IMG/VR virus record: IMGVR_UViG_3300036845_000136
Span: 1 to 56,056 of that record
From: a virus
Taxonomy: Duplodnaviria > Caudoviricetes
DNA: 56,056 bases
Reading direction: 5' to 3' (one strand)
Part shown: positions 54,189-56,056 of the stretch, piece after piece
How positions within the stretch are numbered: position 1 is the stretch's first letter
Layout of the letters: each line of letters begins with the position of its first letter
Made by a program: the position numbers and the translations under genes
Notes under the pieces: generated by a model
What the model was told of the DNA's origin: nothing
The model's input: the letters and a program-made list of their open reading frames with translations, nothing else
Database searches by the model: none

Positions 54189-54983
54189 ATGCCAAGAACT
54201 ATCCCAGCGCTTATCGTTATCGGCGGAGGTCCCAACAACGAACTTCCTGGTGTGCCGGGTTATCCGGATCAGGGGCTGCCGCCCTATGTCGACAACTCGC
54301 TGCCATCGGTCCCAGGCCCTATCGACCCCGGCTGGGGTTTCCCTTTGCCGCCGGTTATCTCGCACCCGATCGCGCCGACGCCTGGGCATCCGATCGCGCC
54401 CGGCGGGCGGCCGCCTCATCCGGCGCACCCGATCCAGCCGACCTATCCGGTTGATCCTGACTACGGCATTCCTGCGCCGCCGACCGTCTGGCCCAATCCG
54501 CCGATCCCGGTGTATCCGGCGCACCCGATCCCGCCGCGACCCGACCAGGGCCTGCCAGGGCAGCCGCCGGCTCCCGATCAGGGGCTTCCTGGAAACCAGC
54601 CTGGGATAGACAACACCCTGCCGCGCCCGCCCGGCCGGCCTGACAATAGCCTGCCGCCGATCCCGGTGTTCCCGAACAACGACCTGCCGATCTTCCAAGG
54701 CGGTCCGAACAACGACCTGCCGATCCCGCCGGGCGCCGTCTGGCCGCCATTGCCGCCCTACGTCGACAACAGCCTTCCTGGCTCTAAGCAGGTGATGGTT
54801 CTGGTTTGGATTCCGGGTTTTGGCTATCGCTGGACCACGCTCGATCTGTCGCTGAAGCCTTCGCATCCGATGGTGCCGCCATCGACGGTGCCGGGTTATC
54901 CCGATCAGGGTCTGCCAGATACCGGCAACCGGCCGATGAACCCAATTGATCCGGGCGGCACGCCGACGCCGACGAAGAAGTAG
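54189..54983 (+). CDS. proline-rich repeat protein
   Basis: GGAGG SD; repeated PDQGLP, (V/I)DN(S/T)LP, PNN(E/D)LP and HPI motifs. Confidence 0.75.
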   Translation: MPRTIPALIVIGGGPNNELPGVPGYPDQGLPPYVDNSLPSVPGPIDPGWGFPLPPVISHPIAPTPGHPIAPGGRPPHPAHPIQPTYPVDPDYGIPAPPTVWPNPPIPVYPAHPIPPRPDQGLPGQPPAPDQGLPGNQPGIDNTLPRPPGRPDNSLPPIPVFPNNDLPIFQGGPNNDLPIPPGAVWPPLPPYVDNSLPGSKQVMVLVWIPGFGYRWTTLDLSLKPSHPMVPPSTVPGYPDQGLPDTGNRPMNPIDPGGTPTPTKK

Positions 54984-55017
54984 GTCTCTCTCGACCGGAC
55001 TATTCTTCCCCTCACCT

Positions 55018-55046
55018 GGGGCGTCCTTCGGGGCGCCCTTTTTTTT
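55018..55046 (+). terminator. intrinsic terminator
   Basis: GGGCGTCC-TTCG-GGGCGCCC followed by a run of T. Confidence 0.85.
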
Positions 55047-55209
55047 GGAGAACTCCCAAATGGAACAACTGATCCGCAAGTGGTGTTCGTGACAGTGACG
55101 CTGCAACTGGTGTCGTCGTCGCGACGCTGATTTCTTTGTTGTTCTGGGCCATTGTTGCATTCAGCGTTTATTTGGCGCAACGATGACTGGTTACCGAGAA
55201 CTAGCACTT

Positions 55210-55246
55210 GCCCCGCTTGGCTCCCGCCCGGCGGGGCTTTTCTTTT
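55210..55246 (+). terminator. probable intrinsic terminator
   Basis: GCCCCGC...GCGGGGC stem followed by TTTTCTTTT. Confidence 0.6.
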
Positions 55247-55272
55247 GTCCGCTCTCCGGCGATGCTGCGGGG

Positions 55273-55500
55273 ATGACAGACACACACGACGACACCCTGG
55301 CGGAACTGCACCGACGCATCGCCCTGATGGAAGTGCACGTTGCCGGGCTGGAAGCCGAGAACGCCGCTCTGAAACGGCACAACCACGAACTGCGCGAGGC
55401 GGTCGCTGAACTGTTGGCACCCGACAAGCCGTCTCAGGTGTCACAAAACCCGGGACTGTCCACTACCGTAACGCCAAACCTACTGATAAGGCCCAACTAA
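55273..55500 (+). CDS. small coiled-coil protein
   Basis: Heptad pattern LAELHRRIALME..VAGLEAENAALK..N.ELRE. Confidence 0.5.
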   Translation: MTDTHDDTLAELHRRIALMEVHVAGLEAENAALKRHNHELREAVAELLAPDKPSQVSQNPGLSTTVTPNLLIRPN

Positions 55501-55680
55501 GTTTATTTTGGTTTGTCGGCGGATTTTACAGACGTATCGCATCCGAACCAGCTAGCCTTTGCGATGGCGGTCGCAGGATCGCTGCGGTTCGACCGGGATG
55601 TTTTTGGTCCTATGGGTAGGCACCTTGCAAGGAATAGCTCGGCGTTCCGCTTCTCCTCCTTTTGCAAAGGGAAACCTCAC

Positions 55681-56056
55681 ATGAAGCGCCTACTCCTCTC
55701 CACAGCGGCACTGCTCGGGGGCCTCGCGGTCGTCGGCACCGCCCACGCCACCGTCATGAGCATTGGCCTCCAGACCACCGGGGCGATCACCACCGAAGCG
55801 ACCAATTCCGGCGTCGGCGCGATCAACTTCACCGGCAACTTCGGCGCCTGGGTAGTCAATCTCGTCCAGGCGGCCGACCAGACGACGCTGTTGGCGCCGG
55901 GGATACTCAATTCCAGCTCGCTGGACATTAAGGGTATCCTGACCGCCGCTGGCACGCTGAAAGTTTACGTCACCAGCCAGGGCCTGACCGGTGAGGCCGC
56001 GCTCGAAGACTTCACGTCGAGCTTCACCAGCAATGTCATCAGCGGCTCGGTCGCGT
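55681..56056 (+). CDS. secreted Ser/Thr/Gly-rich protein, possibly PEP-CTERM-like (truncated by window end)
   Basis: AAGGGA SD; signal peptide MKRLLLSTAALLGGLAVVGTAHA; frame open to the end; sorting motif not visible. Confidence 0.6.
   Translation, partial: MKRLLLSTAALLGGLAVVGTAHATVMSIGLQTTGAITTEATNSGVGAINFTGNFGAWVVNLVQAADQTTLLAPGILNSSSLDIKGILTAAGTLKVYVTSQGLTGEAALEDFTSSFTSNVISGSVA

Noticed and set aside
54153-55160. 335-aa Arg-rich ORF on the minus strand
   Set aside because: Antisense to the Pro-rich gene, which has the SD and terminator.

Overview
This 56 kb window is almost entirely a GC-rich tailed phage or prophage with a contractile tail (myovirus). A host among the Alphaproteobacteria is a weak inference from the accessory genes. 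Layout: small accessory genes on + (1-3.5 kb); a leftward block of small genes with two matching sigma70-like promoters and 18-bp boxes (3.5-10.8 kb); then a long rightward late region with ParB-methyltransferase, terminase, DUF1073-type portal, MuF, DUF2213 protease/scaffold, DUF2184 capsid, neck, DUF3383 sheath, tube, frameshifted tail chaperone, tape measure, baseplate and fibres. Six free-standing homing endonucleases interrupt the genome. I found no integrase, replicase, endolysin, tRNA or CRISPR array. The main candidate for a new system is the 1800-aa portal gene. Its portal domain is fused to a Nudix hydrolase, a HipA/PI3K-like kinase, a helical repeat region and an R-S-E ADP-ribosyltransferase. 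These modules are separated by short x-D motifs like those in the head proteins and by a repeated (W/F)EE..R(D)..GKF tag, which suggests a protease-processed effector polyprotein delivered by the virion. Other notable items: a 77-aa protein carrying a near copy of the capsid N-terminal arm, a shared hairpin leader upstream of three endonucleases, and duplicated gene starts at endonuclease insertions. All family assignments come from motif recognition by eye, not from database searches.
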